From Phototrophicaceae bacterium (GTDB lineage: Bacteria; Chloroflexota; Anaerolineae; Aggregatilineales; Phototrophicaceae): a DNA stretch of 64,000 nucleotides. Under the pieces are notes generated by a model. That model searched no databases, was not told the DNA's origin, and saw only the letters and a list, made by a program, of their open reading frames with translations. Positions 17,765 to 25,928 of this stretch are shown one piece after another; the first letter of the stretch is position 1; every line of letters starts with the position of its first letter. The position numbers and the translations under genes were made by a program. The stretch spans positions 207,096-271,095 of the forward strand of contig CBDCQL010000001.1 of assembly GCA_965220615.1 (NCBI GenBank). Direction: 5' to 3'.

Positions 17765-19753
17765 TTACAGGTACTTCAGAAACCAGTCCTGAATGCGATG
17801 GATGCGCTCGATGCGGTTGCCCGGCCGGCCGCCGCGCGAAAGGCCGTGGTCCTCGCCCTCAAAGATGACCATCTCCACCGTCTTGCCGTACCAGCGCAGG
17901 GCGGCGAAGAGTTGCTCGGCCTGCTCCAGGTCGGTGCGATGGTCGGCGTCACTGTGGATGATCAGCATGGGCGCGTTGAAGTCCTTCGCGTAGGCCACGG
18001 GCGACTGGCGCCAGACCTCCATCAGGTCTTCCCAGGGTTCCGCGCCGGTCTCGCCGCTGCTGCACTCCGGGCCGATATCCGAGGTGCCGAACATGCTGAT
18101 GTTGTTGACGATGGAGCGCTGGGCCACGGTAGCGGCGAAGCGCTCCGAATGGCCGGCGATCCAGTTGGTCAGGTAACCGCCGCAGCTGCCGCCGGTGGCG
18201 CCCATGCGTTCCCCGTCGATCCAGGGATGTTTGCGCAGCAGGTCGTCGACGCCCAACATGATTTCCTCGTAGTCCGCGCCGCCCTGGTCGCCCTCGGTGG
18301 CCTTCGTCCAGGCTTGGCCGTAACCGGCGGTGGTGCCGCGCTGGTTGAAGTAGGCCACGGCAAAGCCCGAGTTGGCGTAGACCTGGAACTCGTGGTTGAA
18401 GTCCCAGCAGAACATGGAGCAGTGCAGGTAGAGAATGAGGGGGTAACTGCCCTGCGGGTCGTAATCCAGCGGGCGAATGAGCCAGGCGTGCACCGGCACG
18501 CCGTCCACGCCCTCGAACTCGTAACTCTCCGGCAGCGAAAGACTGACGTCGCGCAGCCAGGGGTTGAGGTCGGTCAGGCGCTCGCTGTCGCCGTCGCGCC
18601 AAATATACAGGTCGCCCGGGCTGGAGGGATCGGCCATGCCGTAGGCTGCCAGGTCGCCGCAGGCGGGGCTGTATTCGAAATGCGTGCACTCGCCCCGCAG
18701 CAGCCGTTCGGACGCGCCTTGCGCGTCGATGCGCCAGAGGTTGGCCGCGCCGCGCTCGGTCAGCAGGAAGTAGATCCACCTGTCGCCCGGCGCCCACTTG
18801 ACCGTGACGTTGGTCAGACTGACGCGCTGGTCGGCGACGCCGTAGTTGCCGACCTCCTCGTCGATGTCCTCGTCCAGCTTGACCGCCGTACCGGCGGCCA
18901 CGTCGGCGAGGTGCGGCTGCCAGAAGTTGCGGCGATTGGTCGGCGGCGGATGGTTGTGGCCGGCGAAGGCGATGTAGCGATCATCGGCGCCCCAGGCCGG
19001 ACTGACGGCCGTGCCCTGCCAGTCGGGCAGGAGCGGGCGCGGCCCTTCCCCGCCCGGCCAGTCACAGAGGTAGATGTGTCCCTGGCCCTCGGGGATGTTC
19101 TGTTCGCGCGCCGTGCCGACGAAGGCCAGGCGCGAGCCGTCTCCGCTCCATTTCGGCGTCTCGTAGTCGCTCTCGCTGTGGGTCACCTGGTCGAGGTCGC
19201 CGGTGACGGTATCCAGCACGAAAATCTGGGAATAACGATCGTGCACCCAGCCGATGCCGTCCCGCTTGTAACGCAGGCGCCGCACCACCTTGATGTGCGG
19301 CTGCGGCATGTCCGGCAGAGGTCCGCGGTCTTCATGCGGATGTCGCAACACGGTCCAGCGCGCGCCCGCCAGATGGACTCCGTCCGGCGACCAGTCGAGG
19401 CCGCCGAGGGGCTCGGCGCCCAGGGGGATGACGTGGCGTCGGGCCTCCGCCACCTGCCAGATGCACACAGAACAACCATCGGCCGTGCTGTGGCTCCAGG
19501 CCAGTTGCGCACTGTCGCGGCTCCAGGCCAGCGACGAGACGCGGCAGGCGCCACTGGTCAGGCGGCGCGCGCTGCCACCATCCAGGCGGCGCAGATAGAG
19601 GTGCGCGCGGTAGCCATCAGCCTCGCCGTCCGGTTCGCGCACGCTGTAGGCCACCATGTTGCCATCCGGCGCGAGGACAATTTCCTCCAGCCAGCGGAAG
19701 TTCATCAGATCTTCGGGGATGAGGCCGCGACGTCTTTCTGCCGTGTTTTCCAT
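17765..19753 (-). CDS. S9-family serine peptidase, paralog 2
   Basis: ORF 17765..19831. Start taken at ATG 19753 (MENTAERRRGLIPEDLMNFRWLEE); ATG 19765 is also possible. Contains GATGGSCGGYLTNW, IIHSDADHRT, FEGEDHGL. About 70 percent identical by eye to paralog 1. Confidence 0.85.
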   Translation of the reverse strand: MENTAERRRGLIPEDLMNFRWLEEIVLAPDGNMVAYSVREPDGEADGYRAHLYLRRLDGGSARRLTSGACRVSSLAWSRDSAQLAWSHSTADGCSVCIWQVAEARRHVIPLGAEPLGGLDWSPDGVHLAGARWTVLRHPHEDRGPLPDMPQPHIKVVRRLRYKRDGIGWVHDRYSQIFVLDTVTGDLDQVTHSESDYETPKWSGDGSRLAFVGTAREQNIPEGQGHIYLCDWPGGEGPRPLLPDWQGTAVSPAWGADDRYIAFAGHNHPPPTNRRNFWQPHLADVAAGTAVKLDEDIDEEVGNYGVADQRVSLTNVTVKWAPGDRWIYFLLTERGAANLWRIDAQGASERLLRGECTHFEYSPACGDLAAYGMADPSSPGDLYIWRDGDSERLTDLNPWLRDVSLSLPESYEFEGVDGVPVHAWLIRPLDYDPQGSYPLILYLHCSMFCWDFNHEFQVYANSGFAVAYFNQRGTTAGYGQAWTKATEGDQGGADYEEIMLGVDDLLRKHPWIDGERMGATGGSCGGYLTNWIAGHSERFAATVAQRSIVNNISMFGTSDIGPECSSGETGAEPWEDLMEVWRQSPVAYAKDFNAPMLIIHSDADHRTDLEQAEQLFAALRWYGKTVEMVIFEGEDHGLSRGGRPGNRIERIHRIQDWFLKYL

Positions 19754-19782
19754 GTCAACCCCCATAGCCGATTGTTCCGCGC

Positions 19783-20778
19783 TCAGGTCAGGCTGGTGAC
19801 TGTCTCCTCCACCACGCCGAAGAAACAACACCAGTGTCCTTCCAGCACCGAAGGACGTGAGCGCATGCCAAAGATGAGGCCATCCTGCGGCGCGTTGACT
19901 GTGGCGATGACATCGCCGTAGAGATCGTAGATCGAGCCAATGAGCGTCCCGGCGGGGACGAGGGTCTCAAAGGGCAGTTCCGGGTTGCCGACGTACATGC
20001 CGGTGGCCGGCGCCAGCAGGGGAATCTGGTAGCCCGTATGCCAGCGCTCCTCGTAGCTCGCTTCACCGTCGATCATGTCGTAGTGACGCAGGACGTTCAG
20101 GTAGCCCTCCGCCAGATCATTGGCGATGCCGTGGAAATCCGCGCCCAGCGTGCGGCAGTTGCCGCCCAGCTCGACGGTGATACCGGCGCGGCCGTCCGCC
20201 GCGATCTGCGAGGAGGGGTTGGCGCCGCCCGTGCCGCTGCGGAAGACCAGCGGCCAGCCGGAGCCCATGGCCGCCGCCAGTTCCATGCTGGCCGGGTTGT
20301 CCGAAGCGAAGATCATGTGCGCCAGGTAGGAATGCTCACCACCGGAATGGATGTTGATCTGCAGGTCGCAGCAATCCTTCATCGCCAGCCAGTGGGCGTA
20401 AGCGCCGCGCTCGGTCGGGTAGCCGTCGGGCTTGCCGGGATAGAGCCGATTCATGTCGTAGGCGAAGCCGTCCAGGGGATCGCCGCGGGTGCCGGCCGTG
20501 AAGGCCGGTACGTTCATCACCGGCACGGCGACAATCGTGCCGCGCAATTGCTGTGCGTCCACCTGCTCCAGCGTTCGAAAGATGGAGAAGGGGCCTTCGG
20601 GCTCGTCGCCGTGCGTCGCCCCGTTCAGCCAGAGCACCGGGCCGTCGCCGGCGCCGCGCATCACAATCAGGGGGATCTCCCGCTCGCGCGGGAACATGTC
20701 CGGGTTGACGGGAATGCCGCCACGCGCGGTCTCGCCCGGCATCACACTCACGTTGCCAAATTTCATTGCCTGTGTCAC
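19783..20778 (-). CDS. AstE/AspA family deacylase-like zinc hydrolase
   Basis: ORF 19783..20778. MKFGNVSVMPGETARGGIPV..., canonical NGATHGDEPEG and LQINIHSGGEHSY. Confidence 0.8.
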   Translation of the reverse strand: MTQAMKFGNVSVMPGETARGGIPVNPDMFPREREIPLIVMRGAGDGPVLWLNGATHGDEPEGPFSIFRTLEQVDAQQLRGTIVAVPVMNVPAFTAGTRGDPLDGFAYDMNRLYPGKPDGYPTERGAYAHWLAMKDCCDLQINIHSGGEHSYLAHMIFASDNPASMELAAAMGSGWPLVFRSGTGGANPSSQIAADGRAGITVELGGNCRTLGADFHGIANDLAEGYLNVLRHYDMIDGEASYEERWHTGYQIPLLAPATGMYVGNPELPFETLVPAGTLIGSIYDLYGDVIATVNAPQDGLIFGMRSRPSVLEGHWCCFFGVVEETVTSLT

Positions 20779-20805
20779 GAAGCTACTCCTGTTCGCATCC
20801 TGCTG

Positions 20806-21873
20806 CTAAAGCGGGAAATCCACGTCCAGTATTTGCGCCAGTTCACGCAATCCCTCGACGGTCTCGCGCGCGACCGGTACGCCGTCGCGCCGGCGTTCTT
20901 CCATCCGTTTGAACTCGATTTCGCCCGGCAGCAGGATCGGCCGTGCCGGGTCGATCGCCGGTGCCCCCTTGACCTCGGCGACCAGCTCCTCAAGCCGACC
21001 CTGAAACTCCGCCTCGCCCATGAAGGCCTGCGGTTCAATGGCGACCATGACGTGACCGACGTCGTAGTTTTGCTCATCCTGAAAGACGTTCATGCCGAAG
21101 AGCGCACCGGTCATCACGCCGGCCAGCACGTCGCTGACGAAACTGAGGCCGTAGCCCTTGTATTCGCCGATGGGCAGCATCGGGCCGTCCATGGCCGCGC
21201 CGGGGTCGGTGGTCTCGCGGCCGTCGGCGGTCAGGGCCCAGTTGGCGGGCATCGGCCGTCCCTCCTGCAGGTACCAGCGCATCATGCCCTTGCCGGACAT
21301 CGTCAGGGCCATGTCCAGCACGATGGCGTGGGTGGCCGTGCGCGGGATGGCGAAGCCCCAGGGGTTGGTGCCCAGCACCGGCAGCGCCGAGCCCCAGGGC
21401 GCCATTTCGGCGGCGGCGTTGGTGAAGGCCCAGCCGACGAGGCCGGCCTTCGCCGCCTGCAAGGCGTGGTAGCCGGCGATGCCGAAGTGGTTGCTGTGGC
21501 GCACGCCGACGATGGCGATGCCGGTCTCGCGGGCCTTTTCGATGGCGCGTTTCATGGCGCGATGCGCGGCGACGTAGCCGAAACCCTTCGCCGCATCCAG
21601 CAGGGCGAAGGAGGGCCCCTCGCGCAGCCAGGTCATCTCCACGCCGGGCAGGATGCCGCCCTCGTGCACCCGTCGCCGGTAACGAAAGAACTTCTCCAGG
21701 CCCTGGCCCTGCCCCGGGTGCCACCACTGCGCCGCCGTCAGCACGCCATCGCTGACGCTGGCGGCTTCATCTGCCGTGGCCCCCAGCGCCTGCAGAAAGT
21801 CGAGCGCGAATCCCTGCAGCGTCTCCAGCGGGTAGTGGTTGACAAGGTCGCGATTGCGGATTTCGTAGGCCAT
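20806..21873 (-). CDS. Ldh_2 family (malate/L-lactate dehydrogenase type 2; Pyr2C/Pip2C-reductase-like) oxidoreductase
   Basis: ORF 20806..21873. Contains VGVRHSNHFGIAGYHA, LGTNPWGFAIP, GEYKGYGLSFVSDVLAG. Confidence 0.85.
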   Translation of the reverse strand: MAYEIRNRDLVNHYPLETLQGFALDFLQALGATADEAASVSDGVLTAAQWWHPGQGQGLEKFFRYRRRVHEGGILPGVEMTWLREGPSFALLDAAKGFGYVAAHRAMKRAIEKARETGIAIVGVRHSNHFGIAGYHALQAAKAGLVGWAFTNAAAEMAPWGSALPVLGTNPWGFAIPRTATHAIVLDMALTMSGKGMMRWYLQEGRPMPANWALTADGRETTDPGAAMDGPMLPIGEYKGYGLSFVSDVLAGVMTGALFGMNVFQDEQNYDVGHVMVAIEPQAFMGEAEFQGRLEELVAEVKGAPAIDPARPILLPGEIEFKRMEERRRDGVPVARETVEGLRELAQILDVDFPL

Positions 21874-21875
21874 GC

Positions 21876-23051
21876 TCAGTTGGCCGATCCGTTGCCGAGT
21901 TCCGCCCGGATGCCTTCCATGGCGATCTTCATGCGTTCCAGGCCCTCGCGCAGTTTGTCCTCCGGCTGCAGGAAGGTCATGCGAATGTATTGCTTGCGGG
22001 CTTCGGAGAAGGCCGAACCGGGATAGACCAGCACGTGTTGCTCGGTCAGCACGCGCTGGGCGAACTGCATGCTGTCCATGCCGGTGAAGCCGATGTCGGC
22101 AAAGATGAACTGGCCGCCTTCGGGCACGCCGTACTCAATGCCCATGTCGTCCAGCGCCTCCAGCACGGCGCGACGACGCCGCACGTAGGTATCGGCCATC
22201 ATCTGGACGGGCTCCTGCGGCCCGGTCAGGGCGGCGATGCCGGCGTACTGCGAGATGATGGAGGTGGCGCCGGTGATGGCCGCCTTCAGTTCACGCAATC
22301 TTTCCATCAATGGCGCCGGCCCGGTCACCCAGCCGACGCGCCAGCCGGTCATGGAATAAGCCTTGGAAAGCGCGTTGAGGGTCAGCGTGCGCTCGCGTGC
22401 GCCCGGCATGGCGGCTGCGCTGGTATGCACGACGTCGTCGTAGACGAAGAGGTCGTAGATCTCGTCGGAGATGATGAAGAGGTCACGGTCGCAGGCGATT
22501 TGCACCAGGTCCCGCATGTCCTGCGGGGAGATGACGCTGGCGGCCGGGTTGTTGGGCGAAACCAGCAAGAGCGCTTTCGTCCGCTCGTTCACGGTGCGGC
22601 GCACGTCGGCGGGGTCGGCGCGGAAATTTTGCTGTGGAAAGGTGTCAACCTCGATCTGGCGTCCGCCGGCGAAGCGGGTGGAATCCAGATAGGTGTTGTA
22701 GTTCGGTTCCGGCACGACCATTTCGTCGCCGGGGCCGATGAGGGTAAGCACCATGAGGAACAGCGCTTCCTGCCCGCCGTTGGTCACCACGACTTCAGTG
22801 GCGGGATCGTAGGCTACGCCGCTGACGCGCTCGACGCGCGCCGCGATCGCCTCGCGCAGCACCGGCAAGCCTTCCGGCGGGGAGGTGTCGCTGTGGTTCT
22901 GCACCATGGCCTCTTTCGCGGCGGCGATGATGTGTTCGGGCGTGTCAAAGTCCGGGTCGCCACGTCCCATGATGACGGCGTCGTCATAACTGGCCGCCTC
23001 GGCCATCATGGAGTAGAGCAGGTTGGTACCGCTTTTCTTCCGTTCGGGCAT
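21876..23051 (-). CDS. Class I/II PLP-dependent aminotransferase (aspartate-aminotransferase-like)
   Basis: ORF 21876..23051. Contains VSPNNPAA, ISDEIYDLFVYD, LNALSKAYSMTGWRVGW (Schiff-base Lys present). GAGGAGGAAGG lies upstream of the ATG. Confidence 0.85.
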   Translation of the reverse strand: MPERKKSGTNLLYSMMAEAASYDDAVIMGRGDPDFDTPEHIIAAAKEAMVQNHSDTSPPEGLPVLREAIAARVERVSGVAYDPATEVVVTNGGQEALFLMVLTLIGPGDEMVVPEPNYNTYLDSTRFAGGRQIEVDTFPQQNFRADPADVRRTVNERTKALLLVSPNNPAASVISPQDMRDLVQIACDRDLFIISDEIYDLFVYDDVVHTSAAAMPGARERTLTLNALSKAYSMTGWRVGWVTGPAPLMERLRELKAAITGATSIISQYAGIAALTGPQEPVQMMADTYVRRRRAVLEALDDMGIEYGVPEGGQFIFADIGFTGMDSMQFAQRVLTEQHVLVYPGSAFSEARKQYIRMTFLQPEDKLREGLERMKIAMEGIRAELGNGSAN

Positions 23052-23068
23052 GGCGCCTTCCTCCTCGT

Positions 23069-24166
23069 TCAGGCGTCGGCAAGCAGGTCAAGGGCGGCGC
23101 AAGCCGCATCGCAAACCGTCAGGCGCAACACGTCCGGCGCGCCGAAATCGCTGCCGTCCGCCACCTGATAGCCCGCTGCGGCCAGGCGAGACAGACCCTG
23201 CGCCTTCTGTGCATTGGGCAGGCGCAGCGCCAGCAAGCTGGCCGCCGCGCCCGCCAGCACGTCGAGGCCGGCGGCGCGGGCGCGTTCCTGCAGCCCTGTG
23301 CGCAGGGCCTGCATGTGCTCCAGACGCGCGGGCTGCTCCTCCTCGTAGAGGCTGCCCGCCTCCAGCGCGCCAAACTGCGCGGGCGTGGCCGTGCAGATGG
23401 CCATGATCTGTTTCTGCGACTGAATCGGCGGCAGCCAGTCTTCCGGCACGGCGATGTAACCGGCCAGCCAGCTGGCGATGCCAGCGCCGGGGAAGGCCTC
23501 GCCGATCAGCGCGACGTGCTCCGTCGGCGCAGGGACATTCCCCGCCGCCCAGGGCGCCAGGCCCCGGTCGATGATCACGCTGGCGTCATGGTCGGCCAGC
23601 AGGGCGGCGATGGCCGCCATCTCGTCCCCGTCCAGGGTCGCGCCGCTGAGACGCGAGGGCGATTCCACATATAGCAGGCGACTGCCGCCTTCCAGCGCTG
23701 CGCGAATGGCCTCCAGCCGCGGCAGACTACGTTCCGCATCAACCGCCAGCGAGACCGTCTCGCGCGGGCGGGCGCCGAGGGCCTTGCGCACACCGGGATG
23801 CACGACCTCCGGCAGGGCGATCGCCCCGTCGCCGGCGTCGATGAGTTGCAGGGTGAGGAAACGGGATTCCTGCATGCCGGCCGTGACCAGCAGGTTGGCC
23901 GCGCTCCAGTCCGCGCCAGTGGCCTCGCTGAGGTGCTGCGCCAGAGCCGCGCGCAGGTCGTCGATGCCCGGCACGGGTTCGTAATGGGTGTGGCCGGCGT
24001 CGAGCGCGGCGCCGGTGGCTTCGATGATGCGCTCGTCCAGGGGGCCGACGACGGCATCCGCGGCCAGGTCCAGCGCGTTGCGGGCGGCGGCGGGGATGAC
24101 GGCGGCGTTCAGGTCTTCGTTGACGCGATGCCGCTGCAACAGGGCAGCGACGGAATCAGGGGGCAT
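23069..24166 (-). CDS. Aminotransferase class I/II-fold protein lacking the catalytic lysine (probable pseudoenzyme); first gene of the cluster
   Basis: ORF 23069..24166. Collinear with class-I aminotransferases (THYEPVPGIDDLRAALAQHL, LLVTAGMQES). The NPxNPTG position reads ESPSRLSG, DEIY reads DRGL, and the SxSK..G.R.GY position reads GEAFPGAGIASWLAGY, with no Lys. Confidence 0.65.
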   Translation of the reverse strand: MPPDSVAALLQRHRVNEDLNAAVIPAAARNALDLAADAVVGPLDERIIEATGAALDAGHTHYEPVPGIDDLRAALAQHLSEATGADWSAANLLVTAGMQESRFLTLQLIDAGDGAIALPEVVHPGVRKALGARPRETVSLAVDAERSLPRLEAIRAALEGGSRLLYVESPSRLSGATLDGDEMAAIAALLADHDASVIIDRGLAPWAAGNVPAPTEHVALIGEAFPGAGIASWLAGYIAVPEDWLPPIQSQKQIMAICTATPAQFGALEAGSLYEEEQPARLEHMQALRTGLQERARAAGLDVLAGAAASLLALRLPNAQKAQGLSRLAAAGYQVADGSDFGAPDVLRLTVCDAACAALDLLADA

Positions 24167-24221
24167 GGACAGGGTCCTCGCTTCACGCCATTAACAGCGT
24201 CACAGACTGCGCGGGACTGTC

Positions 24222-24235
24222 GATTGTCGACAATC
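24222..24235. promoter_or_regulatory. Perfect 14-bp palindrome GATTGTCGACAATC, candidate operator in the divergent intergenic region
   Basis: Read directly. It lies 56 bp upstream of the cluster's first start (24166, minus) and 122 bp upstream of the XRE-family gene start (24357, plus). Confidence 0.4.
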
Positions 24236-24356
24236 ACGGCAGGTGTGAATCCTAGCCAGTGCGCCCCTGCCTGTCAAAAAGTGGTCATGGCCAGCAAACA
24301 GGTAGAAATGTAGAATTGGGAAAGGTCCTTTGGTTCGGCATGGTGGAGGTGTGAAG

Positions 24357-25532
24357 ATGATCGGCGCACGCATCCGTCAGGCGCGCCTGTTGGCGGGAAT
24401 GTCACAACAGGACGTTGCCGATGCGCTTAATCGGGCAGACATTGCCGTACAGAAGGCTCTTGTTTCCGAGTTCGAACGAGGCAAGACAGTACCTGACACT
24501 TCTGTGTTGCTGGCCTTGTCTCGTTTCTTCGACGTGCCTCTCGTCTGGCTGTCACATGAACCGAATCTTGAGATGGAGTGGTTGGGTTACAGAAAACGCA
24601 AAGCGCTTCCAGCCAAAACACGTGAAGCCATCGAAAGTTACGCACGAGACGTAGCGGAACTGCATCTTAAACTTCGCGAGCTACTTTCACTCGAAACAGA
24701 AGTGAACTTTCCGGAACGTATAAATGTCACCAGTTTCGACGACGCAGAAAATGCAGCTGGAGCATTGCGCAGCGAATGGGAGTTGGGCGATGAGCCTATT
24801 CCCAGCCTGACGCAAATGGCAGAAGCAAATGGTGTGATCGTCATTGAATGGGATCGCCCCACAGCAAGGTTCGATGGTTTGTCCGGGTGGTGCGGAGACA
24901 ATATTCCTGTCATTGTGACCAAGGCAGACGTTGACCTGGATCGGAAACGCTTTAATTTGGCTCACGAACTCGGCCACCTGATAATGAATGTGCCTGATGA
25001 CATGCCTGATGAACAGGTTGAAAGACTTGCCAATCGATTCGCCGGCGCACTGTTAGTCCCGCAAGACGCTGCCAGGAGGGAACTGGGACAACGGCGAACT
25101 TCAGTATCCTTCGCTGAGTTTGGTGTTCTCAAGCGTCGCTACGGACTGAGCATGCAAGGATGGATGTATCGAGCCAGGGATCTCGCAATCGTCACACCAG
25201 CATTGGCTCATCTTTTTTGGCTTGAGGTGAGCAGACGTGGATGGAGGAAAAGCGAGCCTTACCCTATCTCCTGTGATGAAGAGTTAACTCAGCTTGATGA
25301 AATGATCCTTCAGGCTTCGAAGACTGAATTGGTGTCGGACGATCGCGTCCTGCAAGCGTTACCACATTACGAGTTTGCTGAACCCGTCGTTGAGACCGAT
25401 GAATACCCAACTACTACAGAGTTCCTGGACATGTCAGAAGAGGAACAAGATTACTGGATGGAGCGATCATACGATCTGGCCGAAGACCTGGACATTGAGG
25501 AGTTTGAAGCGTTTGGCGAGGAAGAGTTCTAG
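24357..25532 (+). CDS. XRE-family HTH domain fused to ImmA/IrrE-type (HEXXH) metallopeptidase domain; putative antitoxin/regulator of the downstream MazF
   Basis: ORF 24330..25532. ATG 24357 sits behind GGTGGAGGTG. N-terminal HTH: IGARIRQARLLAGMSQQDVADAL. Central motif: NLAHELGHLIM. Very acidic C-terminal tail: EEEQDYWMERSYDLAEDLDIEEFEAFGEEEF. The stop TAG overlaps the next start (TAGTG). Confidence 0.8.
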   Translation: MIGARIRQARLLAGMSQQDVADALNRADIAVQKALVSEFERGKTVPDTSVLLALSRFFDVPLVWLSHEPNLEMEWLGYRKRKALPAKTREAIESYARDVAELHLKLRELLSLETEVNFPERINVTSFDDAENAAGALRSEWELGDEPIPSLTQMAEANGVIVIEWDRPTARFDGLSGWCGDNIPVIVTKADVDLDRKRFNLAHELGHLIMNVPDDMPDEQVERLANRFAGALLVPQDAARRELGQRRTSVSFAEFGVLKRRYGLSMQGWMYRARDLAIVTPALAHLFWLEVSRRGWRKSEPYPISCDEELTQLDEMILQASKTELVSDDRVLQALPHYEFAEPVVETDEYPTTTEFLDMSEEEQDYWMERSYDLAEDLDIEEFEAFGEEEF

Positions 25533-25921
25533 TGCCAGTGAGTCGAGGGGAGATTTACTGGGTCAATTTTGGACCGCTCTATCCAGATGAAGATGAGAAA
25601 GGTCTGGTCGGAGAAGAAATAAGGAAAACAAGGCCGGCAGTTGTAGTTAGCCAAAGAGGTGTTGGACGACCAAAGCTTTTCGTAGTCGTGCCTCTCACGA
25701 CAAAGAGTGAAAGCTACAGAAATGCACAATGGGTTGTTCCTGTTACCAGAACTGAGAGGAATGGTCTACGTGAGACCTCATGGGCGGACGCCTCGCAGGT
25801 AAAATCTGTTTCAGAAAAACGATTTGGTAACAGACTTGGTAAATTGGAAAGAAAGGCACTCGAAGAGATCGCGGAAATGATCGGTTATTGCGTAGGTCTT
25901 AGATCACGTCGCCAAGCCTAG
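25532..25921 (+). CDS. mazF: MazF/PemK-family type II toxin (endoribonuclease)
   Basis: ORF 25532..25921 with a GTG start overlapping the upstream stop. RGEIYWVNFGP...TRPAVVVS...VVVPLTT...SWADASQVKSVSEKRF..LGKL matches the PemK/MazF SH3-like barrel pattern, with an insertion LYPDEDEKGLVGEEI. Confidence 0.8.
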   Translation: MPVSRGEIYWVNFGPLYPDEDEKGLVGEEIRKTRPAVVVSQRGVGRPKLFVVVPLTTKSESYRNAQWVVPVTRTERNGLRETSWADASQVKSVSEKRFGNRLGKLERKALEEIAEMIGYCVGLRSRRQA

Positions 25922-25928
25922 TTTTTTC

